A DNA stretch of 63,927 nt, filler included, from Craspedostauros australis (lineage: Eukaryota), in assembly GCA_030167865.1 (NCBI GenBank). It is 17 parts of 17 records of this genome, joined end to end, with 100 filler letters (N's around TTAATTAATTAA, not from the genome) between each part and the next. Parts side by side here need not be neighbours in the genome. Positions count along the whole stretch, not along the records: positions 18,253 to 31,843 come from JALAGF010004032.1; positions 31,944 to 33,096 come from JALAGF010004033.1; 15 more parts are not named here. One strand, 5' to 3'. The first letter of the stretch is position 1. Every line of letters begins with the position of its first letter. Below are positions 21,744-33,196 of this stretch, piece by piece. The position numbers and the translations under genes are program-made. The notes under the pieces were generated by a model. It saw only the letters and a list, made by a program, of their open reading frames with translations, did no database searches and was not told the origin of the DNA.

Positions 21744-24700
21744 ATGCAACCCAACAACACCCAAGCCAACGATCCAAGCGCATTGCGAGACAACAGAGCA
21801 GCGCCGCCAGCAGCACCCAACAACGCGGCGAGGGTCCCGTCCTTCGCCGAACCCTACACCAATCCTCCTGCTGAAGATGACACCCCTTCGGCTGACGAAA
21901 CGCTGGCACAAGCCATGGGACGTCTGTCTGTACAACAGAAACGGATGGTCGAGCAGGAGATCATGGGCAAACTTGGGGTTCCTCCCGAAAATCCACAACA
22001 CATGATCCTCCTGTTGCAGCAACTGCGTGCACGGTTGCAGTCCATCAGGCACAAACCGGCGTTTGACCTTGCTATGCGACAGAATCCTGCCTTCGTGGAT
22101 AGTCCGCAATTCCTTGGCATGTTTTTGCGCGCAGAAAAGCACGATGTCAACCACGCAGCAGACCGACTTGTGCGGCACTTCGAAGCCAAGCGAGAGATCT
22201 GGGGTGATGCCAAGCTCGCCAAGAGGATCACCATGGACGACTTCACTGCAGAAGAGAAACAGTTCTTCACCGAGAATGGCGGCAGCATCCAAATGTTGCC
22301 AATACGTGATGATGCGGGAAGGGCCGTATTCTTCTCCCACGAGGGAGAACTCGCTAACAGCCTCATGGATCAGAACCCTGAGATACACAACGTAAGTTCC
22401 GCACTTCTGCATCAGGCAATGTCTCCGATGTCCATCGATGGACGATGTCTGTGAAGCTCATGTGCTTAGCTCGAAACAGGTGTTGCAATAGGACCACGTG
22501 CATCCGCCAACGCGAAGTGCAGTTGGCATATGTTCTGATATATGCAAGTCAATCCGCTGTTCACCCCATCTTTCCATCACTTCCTCGAACCCTGCTCCAA
22601 TCCTGCTGCATTCGTGCGTACTCTCCTGTCTCCCCGTTCCACAGATCCGATTTCTGTGGTACCTTATCATGGCACACATCGAAGACAACGACGAAACACA
22701 GATCAATGGAATTGTGTACGTGGGATATGGAGTGGACTCCAAACCCAAAAGAACCAGGGACGAGCGCGATGTGTGGTGGGCTACATGCAAGGCTCTCAAT
22801 GCCATGCCTATCCGAATTACAGCCTTCCACTGCTGCTACCAGGGGCTCCTGATGAAACTGTTGGTCAGTCTCGTGGCGCGGGGCCTGAGTCCCAGCACTC
22901 GCTGCCGGATTCAACCAATCTGGGGTAAGTCAATCCACCCATGCATGTATGCATGCATGTATTCATGTATGGATGCTTTAGCGTTCAACCATTCACGTAG
23001 AGTTCGAACAGGCATCCGTTCGATTGAAGCGCAACCAAGTTCTCACCTTTCCGCACATTTCAAGCACACATTCACTCACCGATCGTTCTTTGTTTGTTCG
23101 TGCTGTCCCTGCTGTTTGCTTGCAAATCGACATCGCATCGCAGGAAACCATGCCACATGTGTCGGTCACTTGAAGACGTTTGGCATCCCCGTGCACGTCC
23201 TCCCCCTCGACGAGGACTACGCCGGATCGTTCAAGCAGAAAGGCCAAAGCAAGAAGAAGTACCTTCCCTTGCTGCTCAATCGTAGGGAATTCGAGAAGTT
23301 CCTGAGGCGCCGCAAGCAGGTTGAAGGGCATCCGATGGAGTATGCTCACCGAATTGAGCTGCTGAGACAGACCGACGTCATTGTTGGAAAGGGACAGAAC
23401 CATCAGAGGCATCACGCAAACCTCCAATTCGGCAGGCTTGTGACTGAGAGCGTGACAAGATTGGGCGCGGGGCGAAGCAACAAGGAGAGGGGTGATATTG
23501 GCATGAAGGTAGCCATTCAGGTGAGACAGAACGGCATCCGATTCGTCGAACCGGTGGAAAAGTGTGGGATCTGGCGGCTTGCCAACTGGCAAGCAGTCAA
23601 GAACAAAGTTGGCAAGCTGGTGGATCCCACCAGCATCGAGGCCAATAACGAGGGCGAAGGCGATGATAGTTCAACCAGCGTTGCTTCCAAGAGAGCGAGA
23701 AGTATGCCACCACACTCTGGTTCACCACCAACTGCAGACAATCCTGAGACTGCCGCCATGGCCGTTGCCAACGAAGATGAAGATGAGGATGAAGGCGACG
23801 AAGGGCGCGCCGCCACCATGAGCAGCCACCAACGCAGTACGGGCAGCGACCAAGATGCCAAACCAGCCGCCAAACGAAGAGCGACACCGGCAAGCGCACC
23901 CGCAACAATTACGACTCCTCCAGTAGTATCATCATCAGCGATGCAAGCAGCAGCCGTTGACGATGACGAAGTGCAAGTTGTCCAAGCCACCCGGGCCCCC
24001 ACTCCCATGCAGCTCACTACTTCTGCTGCCGGTGCCATTTCCCCGCAAGCACAGACCCCAACGCCATACGGAGCTGTGCCTTCTCCCAATTTCCCTCCAT
24101 ATCCAGCTCATCCGCGAGCTCCGACCTTTGCCGCCTACCAACAAGCGTCAATCCAAGGAAGAGGCGTGCAGATGGGTCAGGTTGGAATGCCAGCAGGCAT
24201 CACCCCGAACGCCCCGCAGCTGCCGCAGAACCTGCAAGCACAACAGGCGAGACCCAACCTACAGGCGTTTGGTCAGCCGCAGCAGCTCCTGGCAGGTCCA
24301 GCCAGTGGCCTCCCGAATTTCACCATGCCTCAGAACCTTGGCTTTCAGGGCACTGGTGCCGTCCCGTTCCAGACTAGTGTCGCGGGAGCGAACATGGTCG
24401 GTGGAATGACGGTGCCAACCAATCTATATGCAGCTTCGGCCGCGCAACCGAATCTGACCGCAGCCGTTGCTCCCAATACCGTCACGATGCCAACAAATGC
24501 TGGGACTTTTCCCAACCTCATGACAGGAGGTGTTGGTGGAGCGACAGCATTCAACCAAGGCACACCAAACATGCAGCTTCCACGGAATCTCACACCAAAT
24601 ATCACCCAAAACTTCACGCAGAACATGCAAGTGCCCATGACATCCGCACAGGCACAAACGCTGACAATGGTCGCCGAGCAGATGGGCAGGCGAATGGGAA

Positions 24701-25569
24701 GGCAGCTGGCCTTGGAGATGGCTATGGAAAGGGGAGTGCGGATGGGATTCAACCAAGCGATGGCGCAAGGAACCATGCCGAACGCAAACATGGCAAACGC
24801 GAGCACGATGCATACTCCGACCATGCCTCCACAAGGAATGATGCCAGCTCCAAATGCAAATACGAATGCTACTCCCAACTCGCAGTTGCCGCAGCAACAG
24901 TTACCGATGGTCGGTATGGTCGGAACGCCGAGCGATTCTTCAACCACTCATGCACTTCAGCCGGCGTCCACTGCTTCTGACCAGTCCATAACGCCGGATT
25001 CGCAAGTATCAGCGACAGCAGTGGCCATTCCACCGACACCACCAGAGGGAACGCCAGCGGCAGCCAACCAGCCAAAGACGGCGGCTCCGACCGCACCAGA
25101 ACCTCCCGCTGTCGCGCCATCCGAAGACACCCCCGAGAAGATCACGGAGCGAGAGACGGACATTTTGTTCGGCAGGAGCAGAACCTTTCACAAGCATTTG
25201 GGTAACATATACATGCACTCTCTTGTGAATGAACGCAAGCACCTCTTCGAGAAGGCAGCTAGAACCGAACGAAGACAATTCATCGCGGACGTGGTGGATG
25301 AATTGGTGGCCGAGGGGAGACGATTCCTGACTAGACAGACGAAGGACGCCGACGGGACTTGGATCTGGGTCGAGGTTTCCAAGGAGAGGGCGGCCGAGAA
25401 GCTGGGTCACGCCTTCCGCGATAAACGCAAGGTGGTCGAGAAGAAGAAGGGTGGAAAGGCTATGAAAGCCGGCGAGGAAGACTCGCAGGCTGGAGCATCG
25501 TCCAGCGGCAAGCAGATCTCAGAAGAAGCCGCTGCTGTCGAAGGCCTGGTCAACCTTAGAATGAAGTGA
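21744..25569 (+). CDS. Diatom CRAL-TRIO-like protein with two DUF6824 domains; exons 21744-22391, 22645-22924, 23144-25569
   Basis: FLGMFLRAE...AADRLVRHFEAK, DDAGRAV, ETQINGIV, PIRITAFHCC, LKTFGIP. DUF6824-like DVIVGKG..H.AN (~23374-23622) and DILFGR...H.GN...GRRFL...W.EV...A.EKLGHAFR (~25159-25427). Both GTAAGT...CAG introns keep phase. Confidence 0.82.
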
Positions 25570-25833
25570 TTGCGTCGGAATGTCGCGGTTGGAACTCGTA
25601 TCATGGGCATGTCTTGATGCCGTGTGGCAAATTCCAACTGTCAAGGGAAATGCTACGTATGTACCGTACCGTGCCGTGCCTCGTACTTATGTATATAATT
25701 ATATTCTATAATATATGACTAATAATTTGTAATAGTATGACATTATGCAATACTATTTGCTTGTGGATGACCATGTCATCCTCTGCTAGACTAAAATAGT
25801 ATGCCGCTGTCTCCCACTGTTCGCGTGATGGAC

Positions 25834-28563
25834 TCAAGCTTCCGGCGCGCAGTGCAATTGCGACAACAGCTTGCTGACCTCGAGCATGGGACACAGGGTG
25901 GAGGCCGAGGCCTGCATGCCGTTGGAACAGCCGGACGAGGTCAACGCTCTGGCCGACGCATCCGCCGACGCCATGTGCTGCGACACGGACAGATGGTACT
26001 GGATGACGGATGCCGCCTGCGTGAAGGCGGCCTGCGCCAAGCTCGGTTCGCACAGCTCGTGACGCAGCGATCCCATGAGCAGCAGACCCTTCGTCTCCTG
26101 TTCCAGCAGCGTCGAGTAGTGCGCATCAAAGGCATGATGATCATCGTGCAGCTTGCGACGCGCCTGCTGCAGCAGCTGGACGGTGTTGCTTGTCATGGAC
26201 AGGGCCTGCGAGAGATCGCCGCGCGCGTGGTGCAGCTCCGCGATGTGGAGCATGGCGACGGCCATCTCCTTGGATCGGTGCTTGGCGTCGACCTCGTCGG
26301 AGGCTGTGACGAGGGAGAGGACCTCACGGCACGCCTCGAGGGCGCCCGCGATGTTGCCCTTGGCCTGGTGCAGCGTGGCGAGCTTCTGCAGCGTCTTGAT
26401 GACGTGCTGGTCGTTGAGCTGTCCCGTGGAGACGACGCGGCGGATGCGCAAGGCCTCGCGGAATGATTCCGTGGCCTCCTCCAGCATGTGCTGTTCCATC
26501 TGCAGGACGCCAATGTTGTAGAGGAGGCAGGCGACGTCGGCGTGGTCGCGTCCCAGCATGGTCCTTCTGAGCATGAGCGACATCTGGAAGGCCATGATGG
26601 CGTCGGGGTAGGCGCTCATCTTGTCGTGGATGAGGCCGAGGTTGTACCAGACCGTGCTATAGAGGTTCATGGTGGCGGGAGACAGATCGGAGACCTGGGT
26701 CATGGCTGCGATGGACGGCACCGGCTTGTAGTACGACGAGGCCCCCGTCGTTGTGCCTGTGGTTACATTGGAGGTTGCTGTTGCTGCTGTGTTCGAAGCC
26801 GTTGATGCCGCTGCTGATGCAGTTGAGACTGGAGTCGGTGACGAAGAAGGATTGGAAGCCACGAGCATCTTGTTGCGGAAGTTGCAGTCATCCGTCTTGG
26901 TGATGATCTCCCCAAACTCCGGCCGCAACGATCGCTGGTAGTAGTAGATGGCCTCTGGGAACCGTCCCAGGTCCTGCAGGATGCGGCCGATGTTGTTGCA
27001 CGTGACGCTGACGCTGATCTTGTCATCGGGCAGATCGACGATCTCCTCCTCGAGCTGCAGCTCCTCCTGAAAGAAGAGCAGGGCGTGGTTGAGATCGCGC
27101 TGATGGAAGAGGAGCGTGCCGACGTAGTTGAGGAGGGAGGCGACCTCGGCGTGGGTGGGCCCGAGATCCTGGCGCTTGTCGTTGAGCGCGCGCAGGCCCT
27201 GCACGATGTCGGTGGCGACCTTGTCCGTCTTGCCCTCGTTGTGGAGGAGGAGGATGTGGATGAGGGCCGGGATGGGATCGAGGTCGGCCTGGTGGTAGGT
27301 CTGCACGCGGTGGGACGAGAGGCGCAGGTAGTGCGAGAGATGCGCCATGGCCGATTCGGCGGCGTTGCGCGCGTAGTCGGTGACGCCGAGGTTGTAGTGC
27401 GCGGCCGCCACGTCGACGTGGTCCCAGCCCAGATGCGTGGATCGGATGCGCAGGACCTCGTTGAGGGATTGGCGCACCTTGTCGCTGACGTCGCCCATCA
27501 TCCATCGCGCGCGGCACCAGTTGGAGAGGATGGTGGCGCAGTCGAGCTGGACTCGCGCCTGTTGTGGTTGCTGATTGTGTTGCTGGCTGTGGATATGCTG
27601 GTTGTGCAGATTGTGAGGACTCGGCTGCGGCAGGGCCACGAGAAGCTCCGTGAAAGCCAACGCGCTCTCAAAGTGAGTGAGGGCGATGGCCTCCGAGTGC
27701 TCGGAGTACTGTATCTGGCCGATGTTGTTGAGCGTCTGCATGCCGAGAAGGTAGAGATCCTGAAAGGGCCAGGTGCGCGCGATGGCCGACACGGTGAGGA
27801 TCGCCTTCGAGAGAGTGTCGTTGACGCAAGCGAGGACCTGCTGGTACTGCGACAGGGCCTGCGCCACCTGGTTGCGCGAGTGATGGATCAGCGCCCTGTT
27901 GAAGCCGACGTACATGCCGAGGAGGTTGGGATCCAGCAGCGACGCAGCGCAGGTCGGAGCCAACGCAGAGCTGAAGGCCCTGGGGCCCACGTCGCATTCG
28001 TCCTCGTGGTACGTGTCCACCGGGGGCGGCGATGGCAGGAAGGACTCTGTCGAAGACGTGGCTGCGCAATGCTCACATTTTGCGACGTCTGCTGCTTGCG
28101 TTGGTGCTGCTTGCGATGCCAACGATGAAGCGAGGGAAGACAGGACGTTGGCAGGCGTCTGTGCTTGTGGCTGCTGTTGCTGTTGAAGTGACTGACTCTG
28201 CGGATGCGCGATCGAAGGATCGGACAGAAGCTGATGGGCGGCATTCAAGAACTCCATCGCATCATCCTGCCTTCCCTTTTCGTAGAATTGGATTCCGAGA
28301 TCGAGAAGCCTGCAGATGACCTGCGATGTGTGGGATGCGGGTTGGGAGCTGTGCTCGTGAGAGAAGCCATGCGCCTTGTTGTGGCTGCTGACTGCGTCCG
28401 CATCGAAGTGCAATGGCTGTTGTTGCTGTTGTTGTTGATGGTGATGATCATGCTGTGGGAATGACTCCATGGAAACAGAAGCTGGCATGGATGCCGGAAT
28501 GGATGCTGCCATTGGCGTCGTCGTTGACCGAGACGCATCGTTGTTGCTGACCGCTGCCATCAT
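25834..28563 (-). CDS. Tetratricopeptide repeat protein (kinesin-light-chain-like TPRs)
   Basis: Repeats HVDVAAAHYNLG, HAEVASLLNYVG, SVTCNNIG, STVWYNLG, HADVACLLYNIG. Single long ORF; first ATG is at MMAAVSNN. Confidence 0.9.
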   Translation of the reverse strand: MMAAVSNNDASRSTTTPMAASIPASMPASVSMESFPQHDHHHQQQQQQQPLHFDADAVSSHNKAHGFSHEHSSQPASHTSQVICRLLDLGIQFYEKGRQDDAMEFLNAAHQLLSDPSIAHPQSQSLQQQQQPQAQTPANVLSSLASSLASQAAPTQAADVAKCEHCAATSSTESFLPSPPPVDTYHEDECDVGPRAFSSALAPTCAASLLDPNLLGMYVGFNRALIHHSRNQVAQALSQYQQVLACVNDTLSKAILTVSAIARTWPFQDLYLLGMQTLNNIGQIQYSEHSEAIALTHFESALAFTELLVALPQPSPHNLHNQHIHSQQHNQQPQQARVQLDCATILSNWCRARWMMGDVSDKVRQSLNEVLRIRSTHLGWDHVDVAAAHYNLGVTDYARNAAESAMAHLSHYLRLSSHRVQTYHQADLDPIPALIHILLLHNEGKTDKVATDIVQGLRALNDKRQDLGPTHAEVASLLNYVGTLLFHQRDLNHALLFFQEELQLEEEIVDLPDDKISVSVTCNNIGRILQDLGRFPEAIYYYQRSLRPEFGEIITKTDDCNFRNKMLVASNPSSSPTPVSTASAAASTASNTAATATSNVTTGTTTGASSYYKPVPSIAAMTQVSDLSPATMNLYSTVWYNLGLIHDKMSAYPDAIMAFQMSLMLRRTMLGRDHADVACLLYNIGVLQMEQHMLEEATESFREALRIRRVVSTGQLNDQHVIKTLQKLATLHQAKGNIAGALEACREVLSLVTASDEVDAKHRSKEMAVAMLHIAELHHARGDLSQALSMTSNTVQLLQQARRKLHDDHHAFDAHYSTLLEQETKGLLLMGSLRHELCEPSLAQAAFTQAASVIQYHLSVSQHMASADASARALTSSGCSNGMQASASTLCPMLEVSKLLSQLHCAPEA

Positions 28564-31500
28564 GTTAATGGAATATTGTGATGTGATGGTGGTGGTGGAT
28601 TGATGGAAGTGGAATATTGTGATGGGTTGCTGATGTTGGTTGATACAGAGTGTGAATCTCGTGAGGGAAGTTGAAATTGTGGCGCCTATTGATGGCTCTC
28701 TGCGATGGGATGGACAACCACCCACATCAACAGAGACTGTCCGCACCCCAATGGAGTCCAAACAGAGTTGCGACAGCATCAGCTGCGACTGCAAGTGCGG
28801 CCACCTGGGCGCAGCTGTGGCCTCCACATGCCATCTCGTTGCCCATGCACATGTGTCGATGTGGCTCTCAGGATGTGGATGTCAATGATGGATCACGTTT
28901 GCTTGCGTGGTGGGTTTTTGCAACAGTATCATTTCCGCTGTCTCCGCCTCAACTCAACTCACTTCACTGCGTATTCCGTCGCGCCGGATTCTGGACACGA
29001 ATCCCCTGCGACGTCATGGCCGCCGTGCTACGTTGCACAGCGATGGCGTGCGTCTTTGCCGTTCTTGTTTCTTCCAGATGTCCGCAGCTTCCTGTTCCGT
29101 CCCGCTACATTCCTCGCACTCTGCCAATTTGTGGAGGATGACGTCCACCACCGACGTGGCGAAACTGTGGAAGACAAAACCTGTGCTGGCCAGCGACAAA
29201 TGCGAAAACATAACTCCTCACTACTTTTGCGAGAATGTCGTAGCGCCACCACGTCATTGGACGGTACCGTACGGACGACGCTTCTGCCCGTGTGACGACA
29301 TTTCTTCCTCCAATCAGATTTCTTCGATAAAGCCTTCACCAACAGGCGCGGTTTTGTGCTGACTCAGACCCACAATTCGCTTTTGGGGCATTCTTCATGT
29401 CTGTCACTTGTCTGCATCAAGACTCCAATCGCTCCTTTGTCTGCCCTTGTGCGTGAGTGGGTGTGCAAAGATGGATGCATACCTGTATGGACACTCATGG
29501 TAGAGTATGAGTGGTTGTGGTTTTTAATGTATTGGGCTCGCGCAGGTTCGATCGCATCGGCGAGCGCAGTTGCTAAAGTGCCGATAGAGTAAAGCAACAC
29601 CATCTCCGTATGGTACGCGCCCAAGACCTGCGAGCACGAGCAAGGGATCCATCATTTCCGACCAAAAACGCAGTGCATGTCCTGCATGGCGACACGCAAC
29701 CCTCCTCTCTATACCCTGGTTTCTCTTTCCTTGTTGAGGACGCGCATTCGCAGTCCCTTCGTTGTGGAGCACAATGGTGCCATTGATGTTTCGTTTCAGA
29801 ACCGCTCTGAAACGAGATTGACGACCAAACAAGATGGCGAAGGTGGTGAATGCCGTCAAACCGCTCACAAAGGACGAGCCCCAAACAGCCACCTTGAGCC
29901 AGGTGGTGGACTTTGGCTACGTGGCGGCGTCAACCCGAACCCGTGGCCTTCTTCCACATCCGTCATCCAAGGAAGCCAACCATCGCACACGTCAACGCAT
30001 TGACGTCCCCATACAAGTGCTGCAGAGTACATTCGGTAGAGGTTGTGCTACATACTGGCCGAAGCTAGCAGAATATGACCCCCTCGAGTGAGTCGACCTG
30101 CAGTCCGTAATCAGGCATGTCAACTTTTTCTGGATATATGGATAACGACTCACAAATTCAGAATACCAGCCATCACAGTATGACGAAAAAATAAAGTCCA
30201 TATTGCTATAGTTTATATTCTAAGTTTTATGGACCCATCAACGTGGTCATTTTTTGACCTATTCTACGTTTCAGCCATAGACAAATGACTACATCGATCC
30301 AATGTAACCCTTCGCTGTTCTTTGTTTCAGCGAGGTTGTTCCCATTTTGAATTGTTTAGTCTCTTTTCGAGGTGTTCCGATCAGACCATCCAACACCCGC
30401 CCACGATAGCGCTAGTTGTACTGTTTTGGGAGAAGCGGCCATAGCGCATTTACATTCATTCTACCCATTGTTTGTCTAATCCGTCATCGACGTCACAACA
30501 CTTGACACTACGTCATGAAACACCAATCACAGGACGATGTGAATCATCATCAGCTGCGTTTCGTCCTGACAGAGCGGTCGAGTTGCGTTGGTGCTCTCGA
30601 AGTGTTTTGTGTCATGCATTTTTCGTACGTTCGTTGCAATGTTTGACATTTACCTCAGACCCCAGGATGCCCGACTGGCTGAGGGCGACAAACTCGACAC
30701 AACAAGATGACAATGGTGGAACACCAAAAAAAACGTCACAATGGCCGCCCAACGGCATCCGCAGCGCCGCACCAACCAGCCGTCCAATGCAACATCCACG
30801 CACATCACCGTCACCGCGATGCAACCCTTGGTGGGTGGGCGAGAGGGGGCTGCGATAGAGGCTGATTTGGGGCGGCGGCAGCCTCTCGAACGAAGGACAC
30901 ATTTTGGTGGCAGATCGGCTCATTGGATGAGACCTGTGTATGCAATACACAAGCTACACCAGCGCCTGTGGATTCACAAGACACACACAGGAGGGAATTT
31001 ACAAGGTTCCCGTGGAGTTTGAGGCTCGGAGACTCCCGCGAAGGTGTCCGCGCGGACGAAAAGGTGGAGAGCAGAAGGTTTTTGGGGGGTGGCGGCGCGC
31101 CCATCGCGTGCATTTGGCTGTGATCGGCGCTATCAACAGGTCGTCCAATCGCCAAGCCACCCATTGAGAATACGTACGACATCGGCTCAAGATGCTCGTC
31201 ACGAAGTATGCGCCGCGGATATTGTCTGGGAGAGGCTGCGGCCAAGATTTTCCAAGGAATTGTTGCTCTTGGTGGGGCGGCAAAAAAACAATTGGCATTG
31301 CCAAATGGAGGTGTACCATCAGCACCATCCACGCCCAAACCATTCTGAATGCATCAGCATGTCGTCAGAGAGTGTGGAAATACACGAGGGTCATGTGGAG
31401 GGGCTGAAAGGGTCATATGGATGAGGCATGGATCCATATCCGTACCGTGTCCGCATTGAAAACGGCTTTTCGAAATCGCTCTTTTCCAGTGTGTGGACAC

Positions 31501-32030
31501 TTTGGCCCATTAGATGTGGGTATCTGTGGCCAAGCTTCATGGATTGGATAGATGGGGGGTATACCAAGTCATTGTGGTGCGCAATTTACTGAAATATCAG
31601 GATGAGGATGATGATCATGGAGGCTGAGGCAAGAGCAGCATGTTGCCATCCAGAATTTTTCGATTCCACCGCACAACTGTGTGGTGGCCAACATGACAAA
31701 AAATAACTTCTATTTCAATTTAACTTCGATATTCTGATTCAAAGATAGTCAGGTGTATACATGAAATGATTAGATTTAATTGTAAACATTGTATCATTGA
31801 GATATAGCATGATAAGCAGATGTTTGGATGGTTTTTGGATGCTNNNNNNNNNNNNNNNNNNNNNNNNNNNNNNNNNNNNNNNNNNNNTTAATTAATTAAN
31901 NNNNNNNNNNNNNNNNNNNNNNNNNNNNNNNNNNNNNNNNNNNTTGCCACACAAAACGTAGTCTTCGTTGAAACCAACACGAACTTGCATTCCACATAGT
32001 CGAATCACAACTCAGGCACGACTCACAGAC

Positions 32031-33044
32031 ATGGATTCGGCAGCGGAGAGTACCAGTGCTGGTGAATTTGCAGCCGAAGGATTTTTGCTGATGGGAGACA
32101 ACGTGCATCACCGCGACATGGACACCCTCAACGATGCACAGTTGCGTAATTTTCGCGCGATGTTTGGCACCGATCCGTCCATCACTCACCTCCTCTGGGA
32201 AGACCTGATTGGCACAGGTCTTCTCCCCTGCAATGCGAAGCCGAAGCACCTCCTTTGGATGTGCGCGTTCCTCCGAATGTACCTGTCTGAGACAGTGGTG
32301 GCGCGGATGATGAACACCAGCGCGAAAACTTTCCGCCAGTGGGCGTGGGTCATGGCTAGAGCCGTTGAGGAGTTGCGTCATGACATCGTAAGTGCAGCAC
32401 ATGAGAACCCCGACCGATGCGAACTCTTTTTTTCGCCTACCACGACTCACTCACAATTTTCGTTCGTGACTGCTCGTATCCATCTTGTTTGCCTACAGAT
32501 TGACCTAGACAACCGCTTTATTGACGCAGACAGAAATGGGAGCGCTTTCTTGACTGTCGACGGCACTGACTTTCGCACTAACGACCCCAAACCGTTTAAC
32601 AAGGTGTGGTACTCGCACAAGTTCAAGGCTGCTGGTGTGAGGTACGAAGTTGCTGTTTCCATAAGCAGAGGAGACATTGTTTGGGTGAATGGCCCCTATC
32701 CGTGTGGATACATGAATGACCTGGGCATCTTCCGCTCGGACCTCAAGCAAGCAATTCGGGCTGACGAGGTCGTCATTGCTGATAACGGCTACAGAGGGGA
32801 TGACAAAGTGTTCCCGCCCACCTTCAAAGCTGATGGCATTCTTCGTGCTCNCCACGAAACGATTAACGGTAGATTGAAGCAGTGGGGCTGTTTGGGACAG
32901 AAGTGGCGACATCACGTGGACAAACACCACACAGCCTTCCATGCGGTGGCGGTCATCACCCAAATCGAACTAGGTAACGGCTATCCAGCGTTCGACGTCG
33001 ACAAGGCGCTGGCCACAGCCCGACAGCGAATGGGTCACGACTAG
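32031..33044 (+). mobile_element. PIF/Harbinger (ISL2EU-like) DDE transposase; exons 32031-32387 and 32499-33044
   Basis: Catalytic motifs VDGTDF, YSHKF, VWVNGPYPCG..NDL, IADNGYRG and R.xHETINGRLKQW. In-frame 111-nt intron (GTAAGT...CTACAG). No stops; no TIRs within the contig. Confidence 0.88.
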
Positions 33045-33196
33045 ACTGTACATTGCATTAAATTAAACACACGTGTCATATGGAATTTATCAGTCTNNNN
33101 NNNNNNNNNNNNNNNNNNNNNNNNNNNNNNNNNNNNNNNNTTAATTAATTAANNNNNNNNNNNNNNNNNNNNNNNNNNNNNNNNNNNNNNNNNNNN

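Noticed and set aside
25801..28464. Long antisense ORFs (e.g. 27085-28128, also 384-1079, 1575-2267, 10576-11385)
   Set aside because: These are shadows of GC3-rich coding sequence on the opposite strand, with no motifs.
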